Assembly (NCBI GenBank): GCA_963668675.2 | Contig: CAXXMB010000002.1 | Span: 1,792,001-1,856,000, forward strand | DNA length: 64,000 bases | Origin: an uncultured Desulfatitalea sp. | GTDB lineage: Bacteria > Desulfobacterota > Desulfobacteria > Desulfobacterales > Desulfosarcinaceae | Direction of reading: 5' to 3' | In this document: positions 36,806 through 47,752 of the stretch, piece by piece | How the letters are laid out: each line of letters starts with the position of its first letter | Position numbering within the stretch: position 1 is the first letter of the stretch | Notes under the pieces: model-generated | Told to the model about the DNA's origin: nothing | What the model saw: the letters and a program-made list of their open reading frames with translations, nothing else | The model's database searches: none | Position numbers and translations under genes: made by a program

Positions 36806-39286
36806 ATGAAAAGCATCACAACCAAATTATTGATCTGGCTAATTTTCTCAATTTTGTCCTTATTGTGCTTCCTCTTATACCGTCAGCATGCGCTCGTAGA
36901 CGCCCATGTTCGCACTGTTGTCGAGCGACAGGCGTCCATGGGCCTTCATTTTGATTTGTCTATCCGAAAATACGCGGCTGAAAATATCAGACCATTGATG
37001 TACGAACTGTTGGGGCAGGATGAATTTATACCGGCAACCATGTCTACCTCATACATTGCACGCTCCATCTTTGAGGATGTCCGCAAGGAATTTCCGGGCT
37101 ACATCATCAAATTTTCATCGGATAACCCAAGAAACCCGGCTAACCTGGCTGGTCCCGAAGAGCTGAAAATAATAAAGCACTTTAACGAAAACCCTCAGCT
37201 GAAACGTTGGGAAGGCATCATTACCATAAACAGTCGGCGGTATATGGGTAAATTCAGTGCGCGGCGCATGGAAAAGGCGTGTCTGCGTTGCCACGGTGAT
37301 CCGAGAGATGCACCCGCCTCTCTTATAGAACAATACGGTGACAAGGCAGGGTTTCATCGGCCCCTGGGTGAAATTATTGGAATGGATGCCGTTGCCATCC
37401 CAATGTCTATCGTAACGGAAGGGCTCTGGGCTGAATCGAAAAATACTTTTTTGGCTATCATTGGAGCACTTCTTCTGTTTTTTTTCAGCACAGCTGTCAC
37501 CATGAAGTTTTTAATCATAAAGCGTGTTGAAATGATAGCCGGTCACTTTCAACAGATATCGGTCCAAAAAGACTACAGTCGTATTGAACCCATTCAAATG
37601 GGAGGTAAAGATGAAATAAGCCAAATGGCGAAGGGGTTCAATTTGCTCACCGGCAAATTGGCCCGATTCTACGGGGAACTTGAAAATAAGGTCGCATCGC
37701 GGACGAAAGCGCTCAAAGAGAAAAATGAGGCGCTAAAAAAAGAGGTTGAAAATCACCAGGAAACTGAAAAAGCATTGAGGGAAAGCGAGGCTCGTTTTAA
37801 AGCCCTTCACAACGCCTCTTTTGGCGGAATAGCAATTCACGAAATGGGTATCATTTTAGACTGCAATAGAGGCCTGTCTGAAATGACAGGATACGCTGTG
37901 AATGAGTTGATTGGAATGGACGGGTTACTGCTGATTGCAAAACAATCACGAGATGCAGTGATGAAAAACATTGTTGCCGGTTACGAGAAACCTTATGAAG
38001 CAATCGGTTTACGCAAAAACGGAGAAACGTTTCCAATTCGTATAGAAGCCAGAACTGTTCCTTACAAAGGAAAAAAGGTGAGGATCACAGAGTTCAGGGA
38101 CATCACTGAACACAAAAATCTGGAACAGCGTATTCAGCAGAGCCAAAAAATGGAATCCATCGGCACATTGGCTGGCGGTATTGCTCACGATTTTAACAAT
38201 CTCCTTTTTCCCATTGTCGGTTACACCGAGTTGTTAATGGAAGATATTCCGCAAAAAAGCCCACTGCGAAATCATCTTAATGGAATTTTTAAAGGAGCGA
38301 TGCGTGCCAGAGAGCTGGTGAAGCAGATCCTCGCATTCTCCCGCCATGAAAGCAATGAAATCAAATTATTGCGAATGCAGCCGGTTATTAAAGAAGCCCT
38401 GAAGTTAATCAGGTCTACAATTCCGACCTCCATTGAGATAAAACAATATATTGATCGTGATTGCGGCCCCATAAAAGCAGACCCCACCCAACTTCATCAG
38501 GTCATTATGAACCTTGCGACGAATGCCTATCATGCGATGGAAGATACCGGTGGCGAATTGAAGGTTAGCCTTAAAGAAATCACTTTGAGCGAACAAGAGG
38601 CGATGAGTCATGATATGGAACCGGGGCCCTATGCCCGCTTAACTGTGGCTGACAAAGGAGTGGGTATAGAGGAGAATATAAAAGGAAGAATATTTGATCC
38701 GTACTTTACAACCAAAGAGCAGGGCAAGGGTACTGGGATGGGGCTCTCCGTAATACACGGCATTGTAAAAAGCGTCGGCGGCAGCATTCAAATGGATAGC
38801 GAACTTGGCAAAGGAACGGAATTTCGGATTTTCCTGCCGGTTGAGATAAGTTCTTTTGAAAAACAAGAAACCCGGACAAGAGAAAAACTCCAGCGTGGAA
38901 CCGAACAAATTTTACTTGTGGATGATGAGGATGCAATTGCCGTTATGGAAAAACAGATGCTGGAACACTTGGGCTATTCAGTTGTTTCACGAACCAGTAG
39001 TGTTGAAGCGTTGGAGACATTTCGAGCCAATCCTTACAAATTCGATCTGGTCATCACAGACATGGCCATGCCGAACATGGCGGGGGACAAACTCGCATCT
39101 GAATTGGTCAAAATCCGCCCACGCATTCCGATATTGCTCTGCACCGGATTCAGCGAAAAGATACCTGTGGGAAAAGCCGGCACTCTGGGTATTAAAGGCA
39201 TTCTAATGAAGCCCATTATTATGAAGAATCTTTCAAATAAGATACGAGAGGTGCTGGATAATAAAAAGATCTCCAGCCAAGGCTGA
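36806..39286 (+). CDS. Hybrid sensor histidine kinase: DUF3365 heme-c sensor, HAMP, PAS, HisKA, HATPase, receiver
   Basis: NPRNPAN and CLRCH motifs, DEISQMA (HAMP), [32 protein letters not shown]...ITDMAMP. Confidence 0.93.
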   Translation: MKSITTKLLIWLIFSILSLLCFLLYRQHALVDAHVRTVVERQASMGLHFDLSIRKYAAENIRPLMYELLGQDEFIPATMSTSYIARSIFEDVRKEFPGYIIKFSSDNPRNPANLAGPEELKIIKHFNENPQLKRWEGIITINSRRYMGKFSARRMEKACLRCHGDPRDAPASLIEQYGDKAGFHRPLGEIIGMDAVAIPMSIVTEGLWAESKNTFLAIIGALLLFFFSTAVTMKFLIIKRVEMIAGHFQQISVQKDYSRIEPIQMGGKDEISQMAKGFNLLTGKLARFYGELENKVASRTKALKEKNEALKKEVENHQETEKALRESEARFKALHNASFGGIAIHEMGIILDCNRGLSEMTGYAVNELIGMDGLLLIAKQSRDAVMKNIVAGYEKPYEAIGLRKNGETFPIRIEARTVPYKGKKVRITEFRDITEHKNLEQRIQQSQKMESIGTLAGGIAHDFNNLLFPIVGYTELLMEDIPQKSPLRNHLNGIFKGAMRARELVKQILAFSRHESNEIKLLRMQPVIKEALKLIRSTIPTSIEIKQYIDRDCGPIKADPTQLHQVIMNLATNAYHAMEDTGGELKVSLKEITLSEQEAMSHDMEPGPYARLTVADKGVGIEENIKGRIFDPYFTTKEQGKGTGMGLSVIHGIVKSVGGSIQMDSELGKGTEFRIFLPVEISSFEKQETRTREKLQRGTEQILLVDDEDAIAVMEKQMLEHLGYSVVSRTSSVEALETFRANPYKFDLVITDMAMPNMAGDKLASELVKIRPRIPILLCTGFSEKIPVGKAGTLGIKGILMKPIIMKNLSNKIREVLDNKKISSQG

Positions 39287-39769
39287 TTTCTAATGTAAGT
39301 TGTGGAAGGAGACTCGACTCGAAGCTCCTGGCTTGAAATCATCTCTTCCCACAATCGTCCGAGCATAAAATGTACTATCACCGGCCACTCTTTTATATGC
39401 TGCCGCAAACCAGCTTGGCGAACAGCCTGGCAAATCGATCTGGGAATATCACCATCTCAGTGGCAAGATGGTTCGCTATAGACAGTACCCTGTCCGTTAT
39501 TGTCAATCGACCTGAAAATTTGACCCGCCTTCAATATGTTTTAATTTACAACCATCTCCTTCTTAAAAACTGAGAAGGAGGTGGTGGACCAAGTAAATTC
39601 TGTTCTACCTGCTCTTCATTCGCCAGCTATCGTTTCCGATCTCAATGATCTCGCGCTGATGCGTTATCTTGAAAATTATTTTTTCATCGTAACAGTTACT
39701 ACGGAATGTTTGGCACAACGGCCGTATAATGCACATAAGTGCAGGAATATCCAGCAAGGAGAGTTTAGA

Positions 39770-39937
39770 GTGAAAACCCAAATTTTAGGAATTTCAGGTA
39801 GTCCAATAAAAAACAGTAACACAGATCGTTTGGTTCAGGCCGTTCTTGAAAGTTGCGGTCTAAAATCAGAAGCAATTGATGATGTAATTCCGTTCCAAAA
39901 GAGCCCCATAGTACCAGAAAGGAGACCAAACCAATGA
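39770..39937 (+). pseudogene. 5' fragment of flavodoxin/NADPH-dependent FMN reductase
   Basis: KTQILGISGSPIKNSNTDRLVQAVLES then breaks off; AAGGAG RBS with GTG start. Confidence 0.7.
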
Positions 39938-40512
39938 GCTATTTTCTAAACGTCACGGAACCTGAACATGGTAACGGCCAACTACAGAAGTCCTATGAGA
40001 TGCTGCAAACAATGTTTCAGATCGTTCCGAAAGTATTTGTCGCACAAAGTATTCGCCCGGACCTGTTGGAGCCCGTCGTCCAGTATGTCAACCGTTTGAT
40101 GGTCGAAACACATGCCCTGCCAAGGAGCACCAAGGAACTCATTGCCGCCTATGTTTCCAAGCTGAATTCTTGCGCGTACTGAGTGGATGCGCACAGCGCC
40201 ATGGTCATGGCACAGGGATTCACACAGGAACAGGTTCAAAGCATTCTGGAAAACATTGACGGATCAACCCTGATCGATGACAAAACCAAACGGATTCTTC
40301 ACTTTTCAGAAAACATTACCCGTAACTCTCACAAAATTCACGAAGGTACTCTGCAAGAGCTTCGTGAACAGGGCTGCACCGACGAGGAGCTATTCGAATC
40401 CATAGCCGTTGCCTCGCTCTTCAATTTCATGGATCGCATGGCCGACGCACTGGGAGCTCCAGTAGAGGGCTTACAGGAGATGATGAAACAGATGAAAGAC
40501 GAAGATTCATAA
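39934..40512 (+). CDS. AhpD/CMD-family peroxidase-related selenoprotein (CxxU), 192 aa
   Basis: Two ORFs in one frame separated only by TGA 40180-40182: KELIAAYVSKLNSCAY-U-VDAH; downstream half continues CMD pattern (FNFMDRMADALG); SECIS-like hairpin follows. Confidence 0.9.
40198..40211 (+). promoter_or_regulatory. Putative bacterial SECIS element (upper stem-loop)
   Basis: GCCAT-GGTC-ATGGC with the G-starting loop 20 nt after the UGA. Confidence 0.7.
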
Positions 40513-40694
40513 CCACCGCAATATTTTAAGATCAAATATAAGCCTGGGTACAAGCGAAAACGGTGGGCCGCGAAAGCGCCAGAAAGCGATGTGAATAAAA
40601 TGCTCAGGCAGTCAGAGTACCCTTAACTAATAGAGGACAAAGTTATGGCAATTTTTTCGGCATTCGATGTGTACGGAACAATGATAGATACCTC

Positions 40695-40952
40695 AACGGT
40701 GCTTTTGGGGTAGTGCTTGAAAAACTTGGCAACCCCTGCCCTGGTGTTGGTTACCCTGGCTACATGCAATTCATTGCCTTGGGCATCAAATACCACCGCT
40801 ATGTGATTCTTGTCTGCCAAATCCACACCAATTGTGATAGCGTTTTTCATGGCTGATCTCCTTGTTTTATGCAGCCCTTAGGGTGACTGCGTTTTTTTGT
40901 TTGAGCGTGATTTTATCACAGCTCGTCGGAGATCAGCCTTCTCATTTTATCT
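40695..40952 (-). mobile_element. IS110-family remnant (5' transposase fragment plus structured non-coding end)
   Basis: ITIGVDLADKNHIAVVFDAQG (DEDD N-terminus), truncated after ~52 codons; 11-bp IR GGCTGATCTCC/GGAGATCAGCC upstream; boundaries approximate. Confidence 0.75.
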
Positions 40953-41095
40953 TCATAGAGAACCGGGTATCAAAATTTAACCGGCCGTCGGTTTTTTGGA
41001 CATTTTTACGAGACCAGCTGCCTAGCAGCGTATGAAAAATTGACGCTTTGATTTTCCACAGCTATTATATCGGGTTGAACAGAGAGGCGTTGCTG

Positions 41096-42580
41096 ATGAT
41101 AGAAAAAATGGATGCCGTCGAAATAGAAACGATGCTTCAGCAATTGAACTATCGCTGGAGACGGAGAGCCTTATTGTCCTGGAAAGGGGAGGCGTCTGCC
41201 CTTGAAGAGGCTCAGGTTTATGAAGGCTGTGAAGATTTTCTGAACCTGCGTACTCTGTCCCGGATCGATGCCATCCAGGACGCTTTTCAAAAACACCGAC
41301 TTCGTTACTGTTTGATTGATCATCTGCTGCAGCAACGATTGATGCCCCACGAGAATGAACTGCGAACCTGGCAAAGCGGCGCTTCCGCCGAAGTGGACGA
41401 CGAGAAAGTTTATTTCAATGAGATTATTCCCTGGTGTCAGAAATCCAGTACGTACGAAAAAAGACGGGTGTTGGAAAAGGAGACCTCTGGACTGTGTAAG
41501 TTCTTATCGCCGTTTGCCCTGAATTGCTGGGAAGTGCTGCTCAATCTGCTTCATGATGAACTGGGGGTTGAGAACTATGTTTATTACTGCCGCCAGAAAA
41601 AAAACATTGATTATTCCCATTACTACAAACTTCTTCGAAGGCTGTTGAGCGAAACCGATGAACTCTACTGGTCTGCCATGGACCGTTGGAGCCGGAAGCG
41701 CTTCAAACGGCCTTTGAAAGCGCTATCCCGTTTTGACGGCATGAACCTGCTCAGCCTCAGTGAATTCGACACGCTTGTGCCTGCCGGAGCCCTTGTTAAA
41801 TCCATGTCTTTCTTTCGTCGCTGGCAGATGGATCTTGATCACATACCGGAGCTTCATTTGGAAATCGGAAATGATGGGGCTCAATCTACCCAGGCGCTCT
41901 GCCTTGTGTTGAAGGCACCAGAAGAGGTCTACGTTCTGATGCGACCGGAAGGCGGATGGATTGATATCGAGACACTCTGGCATGAACTGGGGCACGGCCT
42001 TTCAGCCGTTTTTACATCTTCTTCGCTTTCAGTTGTCGAACGGGAGATGGCAACCTCCTCCAGCCTCTCTGAGGCTTTTGCCTTTTTGGTGCAAAATATC
42101 GTGCTTTCAGCACCTTTTCTACAGGAATACATCGGTCTTGATTCTGCCGACAGCACTACGATAGTTTACTATAAAGTCCTCAGAGACCTGGCTGTGTTCA
42201 GGCGTTATGCCGCAAAATTTCTCATCGAATATGAAATGTTTACCATGGGGGATATTTCCAATGGCGACCGCTATACAGAGAAGATGAATCGTTACACCGG
42301 ATTTTATTATCAGCCGGAAAGCCATCTGTTTGACTTGACTCCGGAGTTCTACAGCTTGGATTATATTCTGGGCTGGATGACCGAAGCCATCCTGGAAACT
42401 TATCTGGATGACCGCATGGGTCATAGCTGGATGTTTGACGGACAGACCGGTTCGATTCTGCGACACTGGTGGCACCAGGGCAATCGTCTGGATATCGCCG
42501 GGTTTCTGGAACACAATGACTTAGGCACCTTGAGCCACGATCATCTCCTGAGACGTTGGCGTACAGTGCTGCAGCATTAA
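41096..42580 (+). CDS. Zincin metallopeptidase-like protein (M3-like)
   Basis: TLWHELGHGL (HExxH) and downstream LSEAFAFL. Confidence 0.7.
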   Translation: MIEKMDAVEIETMLQQLNYRWRRRALLSWKGEASALEEAQVYEGCEDFLNLRTLSRIDAIQDAFQKHRLRYCLIDHLLQQRLMPHENELRTWQSGASAEVDDEKVYFNEIIPWCQKSSTYEKRRVLEKETSGLCKFLSPFALNCWEVLLNLLHDELGVENYVYYCRQKKNIDYSHYYKLLRRLLSETDELYWSAMDRWSRKRFKRPLKALSRFDGMNLLSLSEFDTLVPAGALVKSMSFFRRWQMDLDHIPELHLEIGNDGAQSTQALCLVLKAPEEVYVLMRPEGGWIDIETLWHELGHGLSAVFTSSSLSVVEREMATSSSLSEAFAFLVQNIVLSAPFLQEYIGLDSADSTTIVYYKVLRDLAVFRRYAAKFLIEYEMFTMGDISNGDRYTEKMNRYTGFYYQPESHLFDLTPEFYSLDYILGWMTEAILETYLDDRMGHSWMFDGQTGSILRHWWHQGNRLDIAGFLEHNDLGTLSHDHLLRRWRTVLQH

Positions 42581-42720
42581 CAAATCAACTTACGATTCAG
42601 GCGGGAATAAAATCTTCGGCCCTGCGCCCCATCGGATCAAACGTTTTCCAGTGGAGAACCATCAAGAGGAACTGATTATAATGATTACATAGATGCCGTT
42701 ATCCACTAATGGAGGAAACG

Positions 42721-43357
42721 ATGAATAATTTGCCCGCGACGATGCGAGGTGTGTTGTTGATAGGCCATGGCGATGTGGACAAGCTGGTCATTCGTGAGGA
42801 TATTCCGGTGCCGCTGCCTGGGCCACATGAGGTACTGGTGCGAGTAGCCGCTGCTGGCATCAACAATACGGATATCAATACACGAATTGGTTGGTATTCA
42901 AAAAACGAGGGCGCAAGTGAAGACGCCAGTTGGTCGGGGCAGGCGCTTGATTTTCCACGTATTCAAGGAGCCGACGTATGCGGCCGTATTGCTGCAGTCG
43001 GACAAGAAGTCAGCCCTGAAAGGATTGGCGAGAGGGTATTGATTGAACCCTGTATAAGCGTGGCCTGATCTTTTGGAGGTGCTTAAACCTTTTGGGAGGT
43101 ATGCTGCGGCAGGCGCAATAGCAGGACCGATAGTGGCGTTGGATGTAAGAACACTTTACTTGAAGGACTTAAGTTTGTTCGGTTGCACAGTTCTCGATGA
43201 ACGTGTTTTTGAAAATTTGATCAAACGAATTGAAGCAAAAGAAATCAGCCCTGTCGTCTCCAGCACTTTTTCTCTTTCCCAAGTTGTCGAAGCGCAAAAA
43301 CAATTCGAAACAAAACAACATGTCGGAAAGCTGGTCATCGATTTGTCAATTGGCTGA
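42721..43357 (+). pseudogene. Zn-binding/MDR alcohol dehydrogenase with internal deletion
   Basis: N-terminus (VRVAAAGINNTD, PRIQGADVCG) joined out of frame to C-terminus (GAIAGPIVALDVRTLYLKD, HVGKLVI); NAD-binding middle absent. Confidence 0.85.
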
Positions 43358-43372
43358 CAATTGAAATCAAAA

Positions 43373-43463
43373 GCATAACCTCGCAGTCCAGGCAAAAAGT
43401 AAAAACTTAGCCAGCAAAACAAATGAGTAGAAGCCCTCACCGCCCATGACCGCATCGTTGGCT
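43373..43463 (+). other. Putative attC site
   Basis: R'' GCATAAC, 5 nt, L'' AGTCCAGG ... L' CATGACC, 5 nt, R' GTTGGCT; 15 nt after a stop codon and 13 nt before the next start. Confidence 0.55.
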
Positions 43464-43476
43464 GACAGGACAAGGC

Positions 43477-44157
43477 GTGTACAAAGCAATTCGATTTCCG
43501 GAGAATCCTATCATCCATGCCGGCTTGGATGAACAGATCGGTCACAACATCAATGGTGTAACACATGACGGGCAGCGCAGTTTCCTGGCCACCTCCCATG
43601 ACGGGCTTCGTTTTCATGCTATGTCCGAAGTGCTGGGGCCCTGGTACTTCAGAACGTTCCAACACGAGGCCGCATGGTTTGCCATTGCCAAAGCGACTGA
43701 TACGCCTGGAGGCGGTGTACTAATGCGTTCTTCCGATGGCATCCAGCCTTTCGAACAAGGTCCGGACATTTTACCTAATCAGCGCCATGTGGCCGTCCTG
43801 AAACGAGGCAACGCCCTCTATATCTTCTTCAGCCGAGGAAAAGACTGTCCTGAGCGAATCCTTGTTTCCAAAATGTCGCTCAAAGGAGACTGGGAAAAGT
43901 GGCAACCATCGGAACCAGTTGAATTATTGCGACCGCAAACGGAAGAAGAGGGCGGAAATTTACCCCTTTGCCCTTCACGCTTCGAAGCGGTCCATGAACC
44001 CGTCAACGAACTTCGCGATCCGGCGATCTACGAAGAAAACGAGAATTTGTACCTATTGTATACTGGAGCAGGTGAGACCAACATCTGTGGTGCGGAGCTT
44101 GTCAGGGAGCAGGTCAACCAACCAGCAGGCGCAGACGATACTTTACAGCGCACCTGA
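43477..44157 (+). CDS. Beta-propeller glycosidase-like hypothetical protein, probably internally deleted
   Basis: ENPIIH...NING, RHVAV, PERI, ELRDPAIYEE..LYLLY.GAGE. Confidence 0.55.
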   Translation: MYKAIRFPENPIIHAGLDEQIGHNINGVTHDGQRSFLATSHDGLRFHAMSEVLGPWYFRTFQHEAAWFAIAKATDTPGGGVLMRSSDGIQPFEQGPDILPNQRHVAVLKRGNALYIFFSRGKDCPERILVSKMSLKGDWEKWQPSEPVELLRPQTEEEGGNLPLCPSRFEAVHEPVNELRDPAIYEENENLYLLYTGAGETNICGAELVREQVNQPAGADDTLQRT

Positions 44158-44173
44158 CTTCCACATGTTTCAT
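44116..44173 (+). other. Degenerate attC-like site
   Basis: R'' AACCAAC, 5 nt, GGCGCAGA ... CCTGACT, 7 nt, GTT; spacing imperfect. Confidence 0.35.
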
Positions 44174-44323
44174 CTCCTCATCCACCCGGCAAATAGACTC
44201 AATTCGCAGCGCTTGAGTTGTTGAATACAAAGGGGGTTAAAGGGTTGTCATCGTGGTTTGACCCCATGGCCAACGGCGTCCGCCTTGTATTTCCATTGGA
44301 TTCCCGATATAGGCCACCTCATC

Positions 44324-47077
44324 ATGAGTGCAATGGTCCCTTTGGAAAAACTGCGCATTGCCGATCCGGACACCTATGTGTGGGTCAAGGGCCGGCTGGC
44401 GCTGCTTCCGAGAACGCCCGAGGCCAGCCTTCTCGATCTCATGGTCGAGGAGATCATCCGGGCCCTTTCCCAGGAGGCGGGCCTGGCCCGATCCTTGGCG
44501 GAAGGGTTGATCCGTCTGATCGACTCCGAAGGAGGGGGCTGCGGGAGCAGCTCAATCCATATTGCAACCTACATCGAACAAGTTCGCCAGGCGGCAAAAA
44601 CCGGTCCGGCCCTGGGCCGCATCGTAGCCGACCATCTCGCGCCGGTCCTTCTGGCAGGCCCGGCCATGCTCAAACAGTTTTCGGCCACCCTGGCCATCAT
44701 GCGCAGCAAGGGCACCTATACGCTCAATGAGCCACTGCTGGTGCTCAACGAACTGCTCGAAAACGACGATCACCCTTCAGCCAGTGCCTATCTATCGCTG
44801 CTGAGTACCGCGTTCCGGCAGCAAATCACCTATAACCGATGCGTCCGGCTGGTCTATCAAATCCCTAAAGCGGTTCGCGGTTTCGTGGCGCGCCGGAGGC
44901 TGGCCCAGATCGAGGCCCTCGCCCGGGTGGTCGACACCGACCTGCAACTGGTCGACCCCTTCCTCGAAGGGATGCAAAAAGGATTGGCGCTGCTTGGTTC
45001 CGGCGATCTGAATGATTTTCTGGAAGAGGCTTTTACCCGATACCGCGCCTCGGCAGATGCCGGCCTTTCGTTTATCGCCCTCTCCTCCAAAGCTGCCCAG
45101 GAAACGTGTGAACGGATGCAGGTGGTGGTGCCGCTCGCCCAAATCAAAGGACCGCTCAATCGCTACCTCAATGCCCGCCTGGGGCGTCCGGTGGCGGTGA
45201 CGGCCGCATCGACGATACCGGTGGCTCTTCAAGCCGACAGCCGCTGGATCTGCTCCGATGGACGCGCCATCTACATGCCCGACGAGATCGACCGCTTCGA
45301 GTGCCGGGATGAAAACCGCCGCCTGGCCAAAATACTGGTCCGCCTGGAGGCGGGCTACTTTGAAAACCGCACCTTCGCCTTCGACCTCGAGCGTGCCTGC
45401 GATCTCTATCCCGAGGTGGCCCAGCGTAAAGATCGCTGGGCAGGTGACCCGCAATCCGACAAATGCGACGCCCAGCGGTTTTTCAACGGCTTCGAGCTGC
45501 CGCTGCTGGCCGGGGATCTATTCCTGCTTTTCGCCCAGGCCCGCACGGCGGCATACCTGACGCACCACTATCCGGGATTGGTGAGAGCCGCCCTGCCCAT
45601 GCTGAAAAAGGAGTCCCAGCGGCTAAGGGGCCAGGCCCAGGGCGACACGTTCATGGAATATCTGTACGACCGCCTGGTGCTCGATATGACACCCGAGCGA
45701 ACGCCGGAACCTTTCGCCAATACACTGCACCACGGGCTGGCTTCCGAGCTGAAGCACCATCTGAATGAACAGGCACCGGTGGAGTGTTGCGCCCGCATGG
45801 TCTGCCTGGCCCACGATACCATTGCAGCCCACTTGCGTGAAAACGGAAGGACTTATGTGCCGATGGCGGTCCCCTTCGACCGCAAGCTACGCTGGGACCT
45901 GGTCGCAGGGGCTTCTGTGGAGCAACAACGGCAGGCGGAACAGATTAAGGTCCGACTGGCGGAGCAGGGGCTGGAGGTGTACCGTGCCGATCTGCAGGAG
46001 AGAATGGATGAGCAACAGGGGCGTCTCACATCCGACGATGTCCGGACGCTGGTGTTGTCGCGGGCCCAAATTACCGGAAAAGAGGGAACCATAGAAATCG
46101 ATCTGAGCGATCCGGATCTGGTGCGCCTGCTTGAAAAAGCCGGCCTCGATCCACAAACGGGCCATGCCGATGACGGCAGCGGTTTTCGCTATCCCGAGTG
46201 GGACAGCCGCCTCCAGGACTATCTGCGCGACCACGTACGGGTGCAGGAGTCGCTGGTGACGGCCGGGGGTGACGGCGACTTCTATCGCCAGAGCCTGGAG
46301 CACTACCGCGGTATGGTGGCACGCATCCGTCGCGCTTTCGAATTTCTCAAACCCGAAGGGCTTGTGATGTTGCGCCAATGGCCCGATGGGGATGCCTTTG
46401 ACCACAGGGCCCTTATCGACTTCGCCGTGGACCGCCGTGCCGGGCGCACACCTTCCGACCGGCTCTTTATCAAGCGGCTCAAGCAGGAACGGGATGTGGC
46501 CGCCCTGCTGCTGGTGGATCTATCGCGCTCCACGGCCAATCCGGTGGTCGACGGCACGGGAACGGTCCTGGGAGTGGCCAAGGAGGCACTGGTCCTTTTC
46601 TGCGAGGCGCTGCAGGTGGTGGGGGACACCTTCGCCATCGCCGGATTTTCAGGTACCGGACGCCACTCGGTGGACTACTTTCGCATCAAAGGCTTCGACG
46701 AACCGCTGGCCGAGCCGGTAAAAGCCCGCCTCTCCGCTTTAAGCCCCCAGCGCAGCACCCGCATGGGTGCCGCCATCCGCCACGCCACGGCCCGAATCGC
46801 ACCCGTGGCGTCGCGTGTCCGCCTATTGATCATTGTCAGCGACGGTTTCCCCAACGACCTGGGGTATAAGGCCGACTATGCCATTGCCGACACTCGCCGG
46901 GCCGTTCAGGAAGCCCGGGCCAAAGGCATTCACGTCAAGGCGATTACGGTGAATATCGGCAGCGATCCACGACTGGATGATCTTTACGGAAGGGTCCATC
47001 ACCACGTCATCGGCGATGTGCGCGAGCTGCCGGATAAGTTGGTGAGGCTCTACGGGACACTGACCAAGCGGTTTTGA
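44324..47077 (+). CDS. NorD/CbbO-like VWA-domain protein
   Basis: YPEWD..LQDY, DGDAFD, LLVDLSRST (MIDAS), TRMGAAIRHA, SDGFPND; start uncertain. Confidence 0.88.
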   Translation: MSAMVPLEKLRIADPDTYVWVKGRLALLPRTPEASLLDLMVEEIIRALSQEAGLARSLAEGLIRLIDSEGGGCGSSSIHIATYIEQVRQAAKTGPALGRIVADHLAPVLLAGPAMLKQFSATLAIMRSKGTYTLNEPLLVLNELLENDDHPSASAYLSLLSTAFRQQITYNRCVRLVYQIPKAVRGFVARRRLAQIEALARVVDTDLQLVDPFLEGMQKGLALLGSGDLNDFLEEAFTRYRASADAGLSFIALSSKAAQETCERMQVVVPLAQIKGPLNRYLNARLGRPVAVTAASTIPVALQADSRWICSDGRAIYMPDEIDRFECRDENRRLAKILVRLEAGYFENRTFAFDLERACDLYPEVAQRKDRWAGDPQSDKCDAQRFFNGFELPLLAGDLFLLFAQARTAAYLTHHYPGLVRAALPMLKKESQRLRGQAQGDTFMEYLYDRLVLDMTPERTPEPFANTLHHGLASELKHHLNEQAPVECCARMVCLAHDTIAAHLRENGRTYVPMAVPFDRKLRWDLVAGASVEQQRQAEQIKVRLAEQGLEVYRADLQERMDEQQGRLTSDDVRTLVLSRAQITGKEGTIEIDLSDPDLVRLLEKAGLDPQTGHADDGSGFRYPEWDSRLQDYLRDHVRVQESLVTAGGDGDFYRQSLEHYRGMVARIRRAFEFLKPEGLVMLRQWPDGDAFDHRALIDFAVDRRAGRTPSDRLFIKRLKQERDVAALLLVDLSRSTANPVVDGTGTVLGVAKEALVLFCEALQVVGDTFAIAGFSGTGRHSVDYFRIKGFDEPLAEPVKARLSALSPQRSTRMGAAIRHATARIAPVASRVRLLIIVSDGFPNDLGYKADYAIADTRRAVQEARAKGIHVKAITVNIGSDPRLDDLYGRVHHHVIGDVRELPDKLVRLYGTLTKRF

Positions 47078-47192
47078 TGTCGGCAGCCCAACTGCCTCTC
47101 GACGAATCCCCTTTTCGTGTTTAAGTTAGTCACCAAACTTTTAGAAGGGAAAGCGCCATACGTTCAACCTGTTAGACCAGACGGAGAGAATT

Positions 47193-47648
47193 ATGCTCAT
47201 TCACGACGACATCTTTACCTGGAAGGGGTTCGGAGGTGTCTATCAACTGGCGGCCGGGAGATGCCGGCTGCGCATTTTCGATCTCACGCGCGGAGGACAT
47301 TGCAACGTGACCCACCTCAAACCCATGGTGGTGGTGGTCTCCGACCTGCCACACTCCGGTCCGGGCTACAGATCGATGTCGGTGCGCAGCTGTGCAAGCC
47401 ACATCGCAACCACTGTCGCCCAACAGTTCAACATTGCGCCGCAACGCATGACCTACGCGGAGTACTATCCCACCTCCAGCTATGGCGCAGACCATCAGCA
47501 TGTGATTCCCGCCAAAATCGATGCGGTGGAATTCTCATGGTTCGACGACAAAGCCATGCATCCGAAGTGGCGACCGTTGCCATCACCGCTGCTGGAGACG
47601 GTAACGGATTTGATCGAAGCATCCGAACAGGCGCCGGTCCAATCTTAA
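47193..47648 (+). CDS. Hypothetical protein
   Basis: GGAG RBS, 151-aa ORF with coding-like composition. Confidence 0.7.
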   Translation: MLIHDDIFTWKGFGGVYQLAAGRCRLRIFDLTRGGHCNVTHLKPMVVVVSDLPHSGPGYRSMSVRSCASHIATTVAQQFNIAPQRMTYAEYYPTSSYGADHQHVIPAKIDAVEFSWFDDKAMHPKWRPLPSPLLETVTDLIEASEQAPVQS

Positions 47649-47752
47649 AAGGCTTTAAGTCTGTATTTTTGATGACATTGAACAGTCAGGATAAGCAGAA
47701 GGCTGGACGCCGGAAGTAAGAGGCCATCATGGGTAAGAACAGGTAGGACGTT

